A DNA stretch of 64,000 nucleotides from the human T2T-CHM13v2.0 reference genome, Homo sapiens. The notes under the pieces were generated by a model. That model saw only the letters and a list, made by a program, of their open reading frames with translations. It was not told the DNA's origin and made no database searches. Made by a program: the position numbers and the translations under genes. Positions 13,245-30,567 of this stretch are shown in pieces (position 1 is the first letter of the stretch; the number at the start of each line of letters is the position of its first letter). Location: assembly GCF_009914755.1 (NCBI RefSeq), contig NC_060927.1. One strand, given 5' to 3'.

Positions 13245-15083
13245 CCCTCACACCAAGCATGTGAACCCAAAACTGTGGACAATATAGAAAACAGCTATCT
13301 GAAAATACTGGAGAGCAACCAAAAGCAGGAAGATACTGGAGGGGATGTGATAATTGGAAGAAATGGTACCGAGTTTCCCATTTTGACAGCTTTTATTCTG
13401 AGGGCAAAACCAGTCAGTGCCATGCAGGACTAAACCTTAATAGAAAACCCGAAGTCTTGTTGCCTTGAAGAATCAAGGAGAGAGCTCAGGAAACTATAGC
13501 TGTTGCTAAGTGAGAAGCAACACATCAGAAAAGAGCCAGTGAGGGGAAATCCAATTTTTTCAATAATCTATTTTTTTTTCCAAAAGCTCTCCCTTAGACT
13601 GAGATTCTGCCTCTTTGTAAATTTAGTCCCTCCCAACCCCCTAAACAAAGCTATTTCTGCTTACTGGAATTACAAAGAATACTTTTATACTTTCACATAA
13701 GTCAGTCAAGCACCTGAGGACTGTTGTCATTTCTTCAACTATACTTTCCACAGAATACCTAGCTCTGTATTGAGTATATAATAGTTAAAGGGTTGCTATG
13801 ACTGATTGCTGAAACTTAGAAATCATTTCTTTAACAGAGAAAGAAAATGAACTCTAAGACATTACTGCTTTAAGGTCTCAGAGCTAAAAATGAAATTAAA
13901 AAGCAGAGTATAAAATGGATAATTTAAAAATCTGACATCATAGCTGAGGAGAAGCTGGAGGGAACAAAGCAATATGAGGAGAGAGGTTGGTGCTACCACA
14001 GTGAGGGGAAGAGAACTGACAGAGGAAAAACCAAAAGGAAAAGAAGGATCAAGGTGAAATTATTTGAGAAGATTGAGAAAAGCTTTTAAAATAGGCTTCA
14101 AGAAGTTAAATAAGATTATCAATTCAGGGAAAGTAATGTTCTCTGATCATTAGGCCCTGAGAGGAAAGACTAAGCAGGAACTGGGTCACTAACTAGCGAT
14201 CCCAAAGGTTGTGCCTAGAAAACTGATTAAAATCTCATTTCCCAAGAACTAAGGATACTAGCAGGTCAAAGCAAAACAAAATGAAACTAAAAAAATAAAA
14301 AGATTTCTTACACACGGTGAAGTCTAGGCTCACTCTATAACTACAGTATGCATGTGATATGCCTGCCTCCATATAATCTGTATCAAACTCTCCACAAAAC
14401 TGAAGTTTCTTGTTCTCTAAATAGCTGACTGAATGTGAATATGTGGAGTTTAACCATACAGGAAAGATAATGAAAATTTGAGTACTGGGACAATATTCCT
14501 CACAGGGCAGTACTTTCCTTATTCCTCCTCTGTATCTCCAACCTTAAACTGCTTTGTTGGCTGCAGTCATAAACCTAGTGAGCCTCCCTTTTAGAGAGTC
14601 CCAGGTAATTCAGCTGATTCAGCCCACATGCATGAAGCTTTAATCCACCACTATGTGACTATATATGAGGACACAGAATATTCTGTGTTAAGTCATTGAA
14701 TTAAAAAGTTTCAGAGCTGGAAGAAACCTTAGAGATAATCTAGTTTAATCTTCTAATCAATGATGAAACTCCTCCAAAAGGTATGTTTCCCTCCTCTCTA
14801 AATGCCTCACTTCAGTACTTATTTCTTCCTGTAAGCCTTTTTTAATCCCTGAAAGTCCAGGTCACAACTGGCATTTCATATCCATGTTTTCTGTACATCT
14901 TTCATTCTCCCTGTGTGTGGCCTACAGTCCAGCTGAACTACAAGCTCTATAAGAAAAAAAAAAACAAAACATTATTTAGTGCTGTATCATTTTAGCATCC
15001 TAAATGTTTGTGATTGGTGAAGATCTGCTGTATTGGTAGGTTTTTTCAACTTAGGAAATATACACTACACCCAGTCACCATAC

Positions 15084-15236
15084 CTTGGAAAGTTGCTCCT
15101 CTGACTGAGGTTCTGTAGGCAGAACAGTCCCTCCTTGTGCTTTCATTTCTTCTATGTATTTATTCAAAGAAGTTAATTTGGCCTTCGCATGAAGTTTTAG
15201 TTTTTTAATTTTGTTATCAGCAGCTTTTCTCTCTTC
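15084..15236 (-). CDS. GOLGB1: GOLGB1 coding exon, EERKAADNKIKKLKLHAKAK...SEEQLSK
   Basis: ORF 15075..15293; AG at 15237-15238, donor GTATGG at 15083; 153 nt. Confidence 0.96.
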
Positions 15237-15300
15237 CTGCCCAAAAACAATGATGGTAAATACATAAATGTTTATTCCCCTCTTATCTAGCACATACTAA

Positions 15301-15655
<355 letters not shown>

Positions 15656-15760
15656 TAATCAGATTCCCTAATAATCTAAGTGGAGACAAAAATTAAAGTG
15701 AGTAGTGTATCATCTGTCCTTTAACAAATGCTCCACAAGAAAGGATAAAAACAATAGTAC

Positions 15761-15913
15761 CTGTAGAGCTTCATCTTTCTGCTGCAGTTGAACATCCTTC
15801 TGTCTAATAATATCTTTTAGCTCCACCACCAATTGCTCTGCATAAGCCAGGCGCTCCTGAACATCTTCTTGTGTAGTATTATTAAATTCCATGTCAGATT
15901 CTTGGTGTAATTC
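15761..15913 (-). CDS. GOLGB1: GOLGB1 coding exon, ELHQESDMEFNNTTQEDVQERLAYAEQ...KDEALQ
   Basis: AG at 15914-15915, donor GTACTA at 15760; 153 nt. Confidence 0.96.
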
Positions 15914-16771
15914 CTAATATTTAGGAAAAAAGTTGCCAGTGCACCAGGAAAAGGTATTAGCTTCCCAACAGGAGTTTCTTCATTCCAACTTTTTATGTTT
16001 TGCCCAATTCATATTCTTGTTAACTTAAGAATCTAACTCTGATCCAATAATAATCATTATCATAGCCATTACAATATATTAAGTATTTTATAAATGTTAA
16101 GCATTTTACAAACATTATCCCATTTAAGGTATTATTATCCTAATTTTACCAAAGAGAAAAATAAAGGAAAGCAAAAATCATAAACCAGTAAGGGTAAAAG
16201 GCCAAAAGTTAAAATTAAGAGTAGTTAAGTAAAACTCTCTTAACCACTACGCATTACTTCTTGTCTTTTCAGAAAACTAAGAAGTTTTATTAATTCCTTA
16301 TGTGGACTTCAGAAAATATAATACATACTGCCAATTTGTATCATCTTAAAAAAAAAAGAAAATACAATACAAACTATAGGAGAAGTGGTAAATGAAATTA
16401 CAAAGCAAACAGATATTCTGAAACCCAAAAGGTGTTCCAGTTTCCTCATTTGTCACTTAGACCTTTCCTGTGGAAAAGGAATAGCCAAGGATGAGAACAA
16501 AGGACTTAAAACACTCTGGCACCAAACAAGGCCCAGGGAGACAAATGAGAAAGCCCTTTCAAATTGTATCCAGGACTTGTTTCCCATCACTGTGGCTTTT
16601 AAGCTAAAAACTTACAAGAGAAGGATCACTTATAAAATTTCAATATTTTTCTTAATCCTCGCTTCACCTAGTACCAGGGAGGCTTCGCACACCCTTCTAT
16701 CTTAAATTATTTTCCTTAGAAGAACACAGAACATATGTCTTACCAGTTTAAATCAGAACAGAACTACTCAC

Positions 16772-16867
16772 AGGGTCTAGGGGAGCCCTCATATTCTGAT
16801 CAGTGTCATCATCTCCTGATAATTCATGCAAAACAACATTTGCTAATCCTGATAATCGGCTCAGCAT
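16772..16867 (-). CDS. GOLGB1: GOLGB1 first coding exon, MLSRLSGLANVVLHELSGDDDTDQNMRAPLDP (exon starts 16869)
   Basis: ATG at 16865-16867, 2 nt after the acceptor AG at 16870-16871; donor GTGAGT at 16771. Recognised giantin N-terminus. Confidence 0.96.
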
Positions 16868-17256
16868 TTCTGTAGGAAAAGAAGGGGGGAAAAAACCTAA
16901 GAATCAGCAAAATGAACATAGGCTTCTCCTATATTGATAACCATATCATCCGTGAATGAAAAAAGAATACTGTACAGGTGATTTGTATTAGACACAGTCT
17001 GCAGCACAATGATGTCTTCAAAAAGGCATTTGAGTACTTCCAGTGTAGTCACACGCTGTTCTTTTCAGTGGCAATTGTACAGAGGTTATCACCATCACTA
17101 ACACCATTTCTAAAATAAAATGTAAGTACCTAATCGTTAAACATTAATACAATGTTAAATACCAATCTATAATTGTTAAATACACCTTAAAGGTAGTTTT
17201 TATCTTTAATGCCCTTCTTTCATAGTAGTTTCACTTACAAACATGAATTTCTTTTT

Positions 17257-17415
17257 TCTTTTTCTTTTTTTTTTTTTGAGACAGGGTCTTGCTCTGTCAC
17301 GCAGGCTGGAGTACAGGGACGCAATCTCAGCCCACTGCAACCTCTGCTTTCTGGGCTCAAGCGATCCTGCCACCTCAGCCTTTCGAGTAGCTGAGACTAC
17401 AGGCACATGCCCAAA
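17257..17415 (-). mobile_element. Alu right-arm monomer / truncated AluJ
   Basis: PolyT plus right-arm sequence only. Confidence 0.8.
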
Positions 17416-18937
17416 CATGAATGTCTTATTCTTTCTTCCTCTGTCAGACTGTTATTCTCTCCCACTTGTTCAAATAAACTCCATGATACTGCAACATTTT
17501 TCTTTTTATGTGCCCCATGAACCCCATTCTTTCAGAAAGCTTTCTTGATAAACCATGTGGCTTTGCTAAAATTTAAATATAAACTTTGTTCAAAATGTAC
17601 AGCATTAAATGCATATATTAGAAAAGGAGGAAGGACAGAAATCAGTAACCTATGATTCTTCTATAGAAAATTAGAAAAAGAAGAACAAATTACAGCCAGT
17701 GTAAGCAGAAAAATAAAAATAAAAATCAGAGTAGAAATTAATAAAAATAGAAAAATAGAGAATATCAATAAAACCAAAAGTTGATTATCTGAAAAGATCA
17801 ATAAAATTGATAAAACTCTAGTCAAGATGACCAAGAAAAAAACAGAGAAGACACAAATTACTGGCATCATAAATGAAAGAGGAAACATCATTAATGATCT
17901 AACATACATTAAAAGATAATAAACACTACAAATAGCCCTATACTTTTAAGTTCATCCATGTAGATAAAATGGGTCAGTTCACTGAAAGATTCAAGCTACC
18001 AAAAGCTCAAGAAGAAATAGAGAACCTGAATATAAATGAGTAGATATGTGTGGGTGCATGTGTGTGTACAGACACACACACACATATATATACACACATA
18101 TAAATATGAAATTGAATTCATACATTAAAAACCTTCTAAAAAAAGAAAACTCCAGATCAAGGTGGCTTCATTAGTAGGTAACAAGAAACATTTAAGGAAT
18201 AATACCAATTTTATATAATCTATGCCAGAAGATAGAAAAGGAAGGAACACCTTCTAACTTATTTTACCAGACCAGCATTGCCCTAATACTAAAAGCAGAC
18301 AAAGATATTACAAGAAAACTAAAGACCAATGTTCCTCATGGTCACAGTCAACAAAATATTCAAATAGTCCATAAAATATTAGCTAATTAAATCCAGTAAT
18401 ATATAAAAAGATAATACATCACAACCAAGTGGGGTTCAAGAAATGTAATGCTAATTCAAAATATGAAAATCAATGTAATTCACCATATTAACAGACTAAA
18501 TAAGGAAAACCACATAATATCAATAGATTGAGAAAAAGCATTTGACACATTTCAATATCTATTCATGATTATGAATTCACAATAAGAATAATTCATTCTC
18601 AGCAAACTAAGAAGTGAATTTCCTCAACCTAATAAAGGGCATCTTTAAAAAACTTACAGCCAACATCATAATTAATGGTGAGAAACTGAATGTTCTCACC
18701 ATATGAGAAACAAGGCAAAGATGTCTCTTACTACTTCTATCTAACACTATACTGGAAGTCCCAGCCAATGCAACAAGCAAGAAAAAGAAAAGAAATACAA
18801 ATTGGAAAGGAAGAAATAAAACTGTCTCAACTAGCAAAATGATTGTCCATGTAGACTTTCCTTAAAAAACAACTCCTAGAATAAGTGAATTCAGCAAGGT
18901 TGCAGGATACAAAGTCACTATATAAAAGTCAACTGCA

Positions 18938-19203
18938 GGCCAGGTGCGGTAGCTCACGCCTGTAATCCCAGCACTTTGGGAGGCCAGGGCGGGCGGATCA
19001 CGAGGTCAGGAGATCGACACCATCTTGGCTAACACTGTGAAACTCCAACTCTACTAAAAATACAAAAAATTAGCCGGGTGTGGTGGTGGGTGCCTGTAGT
19101 CCCAGCTACTCTGGAGGCTGAGGCAGGAGAATGGCGTGAACCCAGGAGGTGGAGCTTGCAGTGAGCCTAGATTGCTCCGTCTCAAAAAAAAAAAAAAAAA
19201 AAA
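18938..19203 (+). mobile_element. AluY-like with right-arm deletion; TSD aaaagtcaactgca
   Basis: Diagnostic gaatggcgtgaaccc and ggagcttgcagtg; TSD at 18924-18937 and 19204-19217. Confidence 0.9.
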
Positions 19204-20005
19204 AAAAGTCAACTGCATTCCCATTACAATGAACAAGAGGAATTTGAAACCAATAAGAATACCATTTACAACAGCACTGAATAAACAGAGCAGGACTTGG
19301 GTAAACAGCTAACAAAATATATGCAGAATTTGCTGAATGCTGAAAACTATTGAAAACCCGAGGAAGACATAAAAAATCTAAATAAATGCAGAAATAAAAC
19401 ATATACATGTATTTGAACTCTATAATGTTAAAGTATCAATTCTCCCCATTTTGACCTATAAAATTAGTGCAATTCCAAACTTAATCCCAGCAAGCTTTTA
19501 GTAAACATCAAAAAGCTGACTCTAAAACATATGAAAAGGCAAGGAGTGTGGAAATTACTCACTACAATTACAAGACAGGGCAGCACTGGTGAAAGCATAG
19601 ACACACAGATAAATGGAACAAAATGGAGAGCCTAGAAATAGACACATACAAATCGAGTCAACTGATTTTTAACAAAGGTACAAATGCAATTAAGTTGAGA
19701 AAGGACAATCTTTTCAATAAATGGTTGTGGAACAATTGGACATCTGAAAAAGAGTGAACCTTGACATACAACTCACACCTTATACAAAGCATATCTCAAA
19801 ATGGATCAGAGACCTAAACTTAAATTGTAAAGGTTTTAGAAATAAACATAGGAGAACATTTTTGTGACGCTGAATTTGGCAATGAGCTTTTAGACACCAA
19901 AAAAGCACAATATATTATAAAAAATATTGATTAAAAATTTATCAAAACATACAACTTTTGCTCTGTGAAGACAAGGTTAAGAAAATGAAAAGACAAGTCA
20001 CTGAA

Positions 20006-20310
<305 letters not shown>

Positions 20311-22518
20311 AAGTCATAGATTAGGAGAAAATATTTACAAATAGCATATCCAGTAAATAACTTGTATCCAGAATCTAAAACAATAAAAATATCTTAAAAC
20401 TCAACATCAATAAAGTAACACACCTGATAAAGAAATGTGCAAGAGATGTGAATAGATACTTCACCAAAGAAGATAGATGGATGGTAAATAAATATATGAA
20501 AAGATGCTTAAGTTAATCTGGCATTAGGAAAATACTCATTAAAAGCAAAATGAAATACCACTATCTACCTATTAGAATTGCTAAAATATGTATTTTTTAA
20601 TGCTGGCAGGGATATAGAGCAACAGGAACTTTCAATGCCTGCAGATTAGAATACAAAATGGCACAGCTACTTCGGAAAACTGTTTGACAGTTTCTTTAAA
20701 AGTTAAACGTACATTTACCAATCCCACTCCTAGGCATCTAACCAAGTTTATAGTAGGTTTACTCATAATCACAGATTCTGAAAATAGCCAAGATATCCCT
20801 CAACAAGTGAATGAATAACAAACTGTAGCACATCCAAACAATGGAATACTACTCAGCAAAAGAATGAACAATTGATTCACACAACACAATACTTAAACCT
20901 AAAATGCCTTTTGCTACATGGAATAAGCTAAACATTAAAAGATATACATCATATTATTCTATTTATATAACATTTTGAACAAGTCCAGAAATTAACCCAC
21001 ACAAATATAGTTGTCAGGGCTTGAGGGAAGGAGATGTGGCTGAATATAAAAGAGCAACACAAGGGAATTTTTAAGGTGAAGGAACTGTTCTGTATGATCT
21101 TGAAGTAGTAAATTCATAACCATATGCATTTGTCAAAACTCACTGAACTGTACATTCCAAAGAGCAAACATAATTGTATACAATTTTTTTAAAACCTCAG
21201 CCAGGATGTCAGGAGTTCCAAAAATGGAATGCAGACTGTGACAAATAGATCTAACTATATTATAAATATATGATATAACCTCACTGAAGGAGATGGGGCT
21301 AACCTAAGAAACAAAAATGGTGTTTTGACTGGGTACTATAAGGATAAAGACAAAAAGAACTGACATAAACACTGTACTCTGCTTGGTAAATTTCTTTCTC
21401 ACAGTGGTATGGGTTAGCAATTCTGAAACTACTTCATTGTACACTAGGGTTAAATGAGTAAGTAAATTGTAGATAATGAGATTCAGGTTTTTTACTGTCA
21501 GTGAAAGAAGTTACAAATAAGGCAAGAAAGCTAGGATAAACCCCATGGTACTGGATTAGAGTCAGAGATATCAGTATGAACTCATGTTTATTTTAATATA
21601 TATGTAAATAGATAAATGCAGAAATAAGTATAGATATGTATGCATTATAAATAATCAGTTATTACAGAGAAATATATATTCTAGCCGTGTCCACTGAAAA
21701 GTCCTAGAAACAGTAACACCTCAGTAGCAATGAGCGCATCCAGATCTCGATTTCTAAATTGCCAATCTCCAATAAAAGGAACTAGGGCTCCTTGGAGAAA
21801 TGGCTGCCTATCTAGGGTTGGGGCAGAGAGCCAGAAAGTAAGGAAGTGTTCAAAAAAGAAAAAGAAAAAAAATGGGGTATGTGACCAGGAGCCAATCTGA
21901 AGGAGCTCCCAATGATCAAGGCTAGAATAATTTGAGTCACAGAATAAATAACAATAATATTGGATTATATGGATTATAACCCAAATAAAAAATTAAATAC
22001 CCATCAGTCAATACTGATATAAATAAATCATTAAATAAATTAATGGTAGAGACAAATCTTCCTTACAAAAGAATTCCAAATAATTTATGTAGATACGTCC
22101 CCCTCTAAAAATGGAGCTTAATTCCCTCTCCTTCAGTATAGGCTGGACCTAGTGACTCACTTCCAAAGAATAGAATATGAAAAAAGAAAAACAGCAACAT
22201 CAGAGTGGTGAGACTTGGCAACCACCACCTCAACCAAGTGATCAAGATTAACATCACCAGTGATAAGTCATCGTAATATCATGTAACCCCTGATATAATG
22301 TGATGAGAAGGGTACTTTACCTCTGGGGTATTCTTCTGCAAAACCCGTAAGCCCAGTCTAATCATGAGAAAACACTGGGAAAACCTAGATTCAGGGACAT
22401 TCTAAAAATACCTGACCAATACTCTTCAAAACTGTCAAAGTAATGAAAAACAACAAAAAACTAAGAAACAGTCACAGATTAGAGAAGACAAGGAGACATG
22501 CTGATTAAATGCAAAGTA

Positions 22519-22820
<302 letters not shown>

Positions 22821-23267
22821 ACGCAAGGCAGTATCCTGGATTAGGTTCTGAAACACAATAAGGACATTACTGGAAAAAATGGTGAAATCTGAATGAAGTC
22901 TACCTATAGTTTAGTTTATGGCATTGCACCTATGTTCTCTGTTTTGAAAAAGCTACCATGGTTGTGTAAAATGCTAACATTAGAGGATGCTTTGTGTATA
23001 CAATAACTGTCTGTCTAATCTTCCCAAGTTGTATGTAAATCTAAGGTTATTCCAAAATCAATTTACTTTTATAACCACTGTGTAGGCTACATATTCAGAT
23101 CAGTGTCAACTGCTAGTCCATAAAGTCCATGAAAATGAGAAGCATATTAATGCTTTGATAGGAAAAATCAAAATAGAACTGGACTATGCATAGCATTAGT
23201 TTACGTGATTATGCCTAATTTTACATTTTGTGATAAAATGTTATTTGGCTTTTAAAACCCTCAGCAG

Positions 23268-23563
23268 GGGCCGGGTGTGGTGGCTCATGCCTGTAATCCC
23301 AGCACTTTGGGAGGCTGAGGCGGGTGGATCACGAGGTCAGGAGTTTGAGACCAGTCTGACCAACATGGTGAAATCCCGTCTCTACTAAAAATACAAAAAT
23401 TAGCCGGGTGTGGTGGCACGTGCCTGTAATCCCAGCTACTCAGGAGGCTGAGGCAGACGAATCACTTGAACCTGAGAGGTGGAGGTTGCAGTGAGCCAAG
23501 ATTCGCACCACTGCACTCCAGCCTGGGCAACAGAGCAAGACCGCGTCTCAAAAAAAAAAAAAA
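23268..23563 (+). mobile_element. AluS-like
   Basis: Full Alu; aaaacc(c)tcagca on both flanks. Confidence 0.9.
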
Positions 23564-24877
23564 ACCTCAGCAAGAAGAAATATAAAAACTATTGTACAAA
23601 ATAAACACTTAAATGAAACTAGGCTCTGCTACAGTTTTCTTCTACTGGGGATAATAATAGTGTTTAGGGCAGCCATGGTTCTTAAGAAAGAAGTGATGAG
23701 AGATACCTGTTTTTTTAATAGATTGTCTTGGGTAATCTAAGTAGCACATCACTTGGAAAAGATACGTGAGACAGAAATAGAAAAAGTGAACTGTTCCCTA
23801 GGAAGGCAGCGCAGGATCATATATAACTTCATATCTAAATACTGGAAGGGCAACACAGTGTCATACATGAGTACATAGGGCCATATATAACTATTTATTC
23901 AAGATATGAGAACCACAGCTATAGTCAGGATTAAAAAATCACAATTCAGCAGTATACAGATTCTAAACTTTCTTTTCAACTTTAGAGATCATATTTTCTT
24001 TGGTTAACTTTTAATGAAGGAAATGAATACCATCACTAAAGAGTTTCTTAAACATATAGATTTCTGCTAATCAAAGAAAATCATAATGGAACCTAACTTA
24101 TCAAACAGAATCACTTTATCTTCAGATTTTTCAGACCACTTTGGAACAAAGAAAACAAAATAACCAACTGATGGGATTCTGAGAAGATGGGAGTAGCAAG
24201 GGGCCCCATGGATTTTGTATCTTCCTTTATTCCCACATAAAAACAGACAAAGCAACTAGGTAACAAAAGATCCATGGACAGCCTTTACCAAAAATCTACT
24301 TAACAAAGTTTCCTACAAACCCCAAAATAAACGTGGATATAGACAAACCGCCAATAGTCAAAAGATCTGGGTGTCACTGGTGTTCAACTGGGAGGAAATT
24401 GAGGGAAGCCAGAGGAGTACAACACCAAGAGGACCTCAAAAGAGCCAGTGGGCATTCACTGGCAAATGCGCCAAGCCAATTACAGAACAGTAGTTGATAC
24501 AAGGAGGGGTCTTCCCATTCCAATAACAGGTACCTGCCAGGGGCCTACGAGGGCTGAAAGAGCTGAGGCAGTCTGGACCTTTATTAATTCTCAGAACTGA
24601 AGAGTTGGGGCTCTCTTCCAGGATAGGGTCCCACACTGAGGAGAATCTGCTGAGAGGAGAATTAAAATTAAGTGACTAAGGAAAGAGGAGGTCCAGATAA
24701 AGAGCAGGTGAAAGTGGCAAGGAAAGAAAGGCAGGAAATCCGAGAAATCCAGCTGCCATATAGTTGAACAATGTCTGAAAATAGCACAAGAGGAAACCTT
24801 ATCAAGTTAGAAAAGCTGTATAAAATCTCTTTCTAAAAGTTCAGCAACACTAAATTCATATTAAAAATGAACTACTG

Positions 24878-25176
24878 AGGCCAGGCGTGCTAGCTCATCC
24901 TGTAATCCTAGCACTTTGGGAGGCTGAGGTGGGAGGATCACTTGAGCCTAGGAGTTCAAGACTAGCCTGAGCAACATAGCAAGATCCCATCTCTACAAAA
25001 TTTTTTTAAAAAGTCAGCCAGGCATGGTGGCACATGCATGTAGGTCCAGCTATTCAGGTGGCTGACGTGGGAAGACTGCTTGAGCCCAAGAGGTGGAGGC
25101 TGCAGTGAGCCATAATCACACCCCTACACTCCAGCCTGGGTGATAGAGTAAGACCCTGTCACAAAAAAGAAAAAAA
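24878..25176 (+). mobile_element. AluJ-like
   Basis: Diverged Alu body. Confidence 0.87.
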
Positions 25177-25199
25177 GAGCAACTGAAAAGTCTCACAAT

Positions 25200-27900
25200 T
25201 CAGATACATTACTAGAAGAAAAAAAAGGAGGAAAACGATCATGATAACATCCCGACAGAAAATGGAAGCACGTCAGAGAGCCATGCTCAAAAAAACAGTT
25301 CAAAACTATAACCACTTAAATCTACTGAAGGAACTAAAAGGCATTAAAAATGACATAAGATGTGAAAAAATAAACACCAGAAATAGAAAAACCCAGAAAT
25401 AAAGTGAAAACAAGAAGTGACTGAAAAATTTAAAAAATCATTTTGGAAATGAAGATGAAACTAGAAGGAACAAGAAAATGAGTAAATATAACAAACCATG
25501 TCATTAAAAAAAAGCAAAGTTGAAATGAAGGATAATTTTAAAAATCAAAAAGAAATGACCTAAAAAACTAGATATGCAACTACCTTATGACCCTCAATTC
25601 CACTCCCCAGCATTTATCTTAGAGAAAAGAAAACTTAAGTTCACAAGAGAACCTGCTGTATATAAACATTCATAGCAGCTTTATTTCTATTAATAGACGG
25701 TTAAGCAAACTGATATATACAGGCAAATGGTTAAACAAACTGGTACATACATCCCATCACATACTTCTCAGAAATAAAAAGCAACGAACTACTGATGGAC
25801 CCAACAACTTAGATGGATCTCCAGAAAATTACATTGAATGAAAAAAAGCCAGTCCCAAAAGGTTACATATTATACAATTCCATACTTCTATAACATTTTT
25901 GAAATGACAAAATTTTAGAAATGGAGGAAAGATGAGTGATTACCAGTGGTTAGAGAGGGGTTGGGGTGGGAAGTGACTGTGGTCATAACAAGGCAACACA
26001 AGGGATCCTTGTGGTGTTGCAGCTGTTCAATATCTTGACTGTGGCAGTGGATACAGGAACCTACACAGGTGATATAACACTGCAAAACTTAATGATACAC
26101 ATACATACATATACAAATGAATATACAAGTAAAACTGGGGAATATATCTATCTCAATATCCTAATTGTGATATTATGTATTAGTTTTGCAAAATGTTACC
26201 ACTGGAAGAAACAACAAAGTGTATAAAAGAGCTCTGATTATTTCCTACAACTGCATGTGACTCTACAATTGTCTTCATATTTAAAAAACAAATGAAAAAG
26301 AAATGAACTAAATGCAACATGATATCCTGAATTGAATCCTGGAACAGAAAATGGACATTAATGGAGAAACTGGTGAAATGTGAACAACGTCTGGAGTTCA
26401 GTTAATATTAATGTACCAATGTTGGTTTCTTAATTTTGTACACTGCTAATGTCACATGTTAATCTTAGGGAATACTAAGCAAAGGATACACCAGACTTCT
26501 GCACTATCTTTGCAAATTTTCTGTAGTAAACTTTCTGTAGTGATCTGAAATAATTCCTAATAATTTGTTTATTTTTAAAAAATGTAAGAAATTAAGAGTT
26601 ACATAGGATTTGCGAGAAACAGATAAATATTGAAGATAAGTAATGTGAATAACAGGATTCCCTGAAGAAGAAAAGCAAAGCAAAGAAACAGCACAAATAT
26701 GAAAAACCATAATCCAAGAATATTTATTTGAAAATTTTTTTTAAAAAGATTTGAAACTACATCTTGAAAGAGCCCACAATGTACCTCAGAATGTCAACTC
26801 AGAATGACCAACAAAACACTCTAGTAAAATTACTGGACTTAAAAAAATCCTTTAGGCTTTAGGCTAAAAGATCATATGACCAGTAAGATAAAGAAAAAAA
26901 AGCACTAGATTTTTCAACAGCAATGTTTTTGCCAGAAAAAAAAAATGAGTTACAAATTTAAGATATTCAAGAAAAGAAAAAGTGAGCCAAGGATTCTATT
27001 TCTGGCAAACACAAACTTTAGATATAAAAAACACAGACAAAATGTTATGAACGAGCAAGAAAATTCATGAAATATGAATATTCCCTTAAGCCTTTCCTAA
27101 AGAATTTACTAGAGGCAAAACTTGAGGCAATCCAAATGACTAAAGAAACATCATTATAAGAACTAGTGGTGAGCATTAAATATACGGTTACTAACAGAAT
27201 TAAGACTAAGTAAAGACTGGAGGAGAGACAGCATAGTATGTAATGATTATATGCTCTGACAATATATAGGACAACCATGAAAAAAAATCGGGAAGAATGT
27301 GAATAGCATATGCAAAAAATAAAAAATATTTTTAAACAGTTTTCAATAATTAAAAGTGGTTGTTGTCTACGGCCATACCATCCTGAACACACCCGATCTC
27401 GTCTAAAGTGGTTGTGGTGGTGATATTCGTATCATCACTCCTAGATTACTATATGTGAAATGTAGAATTAAAGCAAATGATAATTATGGATACACTAATT
27501 CTGTATTTTCAGTTATGAAAAGAAGATACAGATGTAATACAGAAGAAATTAAGAACCCCGAAATACAAACTAATCTTTGAATCTGAATAGGAACACTCAG
27601 TGTGAAATGACAATTCAGTATTTTATATTTGTTCACATATTTTCCTAGCTCTGTCCACCGAAAAGCTTAAAAGTAATGACAAACTGAGAAGCAATGAATA
27701 TCTCTAGTGCCTAGATTGGGGTCTTGAAATACTCTTTCCCATTTTTAAAAAAGTTTTTAAAAGAAGGTTTTCTTAGAGAAATGGCTAATTCCATTTCTAA
27801 AGTGGAAATGTACAAAATGATCCTGAAACATCTTGTCATACAAGATAGGAAGCTTTCAAAGGACACAGGTTCCCATTGGCTAAAAGGATAATTTGAATAT
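25200..27900 (+). mobile_element. Fragmented ancient L1M sequence (ORF1-like and 3' UTR pieces)
   Basis: A-rich L1-like segments; boundaries approximate. Confidence 0.55.
27365..27404 (+). pseudogene. 3'-truncated (tailless) 5S rRNA retropseudogene, first 40 nt
   Basis: gtctacggccataccatcctgaacacacccgatctcgtct matches the 5S rRNA 5' end with 3 substitutions; flanked by direct repeat aaagtggttgt. Confidence 0.92.
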
Positions 27901-27906
27901 GTATGA

Positions 27907-29517
<1,611 letters not shown>

Positions 29518-30221
29518 TACAGTTAATCAAAATTAATACCTCTAGGAATACAAATTATAAATACACATATTTCCATGGAAAAATTATAAAATAAGTCACC
29601 AATGCTAAAACACCAGAAATAGTTGCTATTAGAAAACTTTACCAAATTGTCAAAAATGAGATAATCTAAGTGCTACAGAAGTTGCTGTTTATATTGCTCC
29701 AAAACATAGAAAAAGAAAATGAAAAATTACAAACCATCTCCCTATGAATACTGATGACAACATTCTAATAAATTTTAATTAGAATATTAAATAAAATATT
29801 AGCAAACTAAATCTGACTAGATACTGAAAAATATTATCACCAAGTGGATTTATTCTAGTAATTCAAATATCATTAATTATTATGAAATCCATTATGGAAA
29901 CCCATACCACTACCACATGAGTTTCTGATTGACCCTCCCTAGAAAGGAGCGTGCCCATCAGCATCCTACTGAATATCATTGAATATCATAGCAAATGAGG
30001 AACACATACACATGAACACAGGATAATAATGATAATATTAATGGCAACAATTGAGAAACATTTAATTTAAATGCAAAGTGACTGTACCACTTTATATACT
30101 CTTTAATCTTAACAAAATCTGCAAGATAAGTATTATCATCATCCCCATTTTATAGAGGGAAACTGACACTCAGAAATTAAGACATTTCAAGGTCCCTCAG
30201 TTAAATATATAATACAATAGC

Positions 30222-30567
<346 letters not shown>

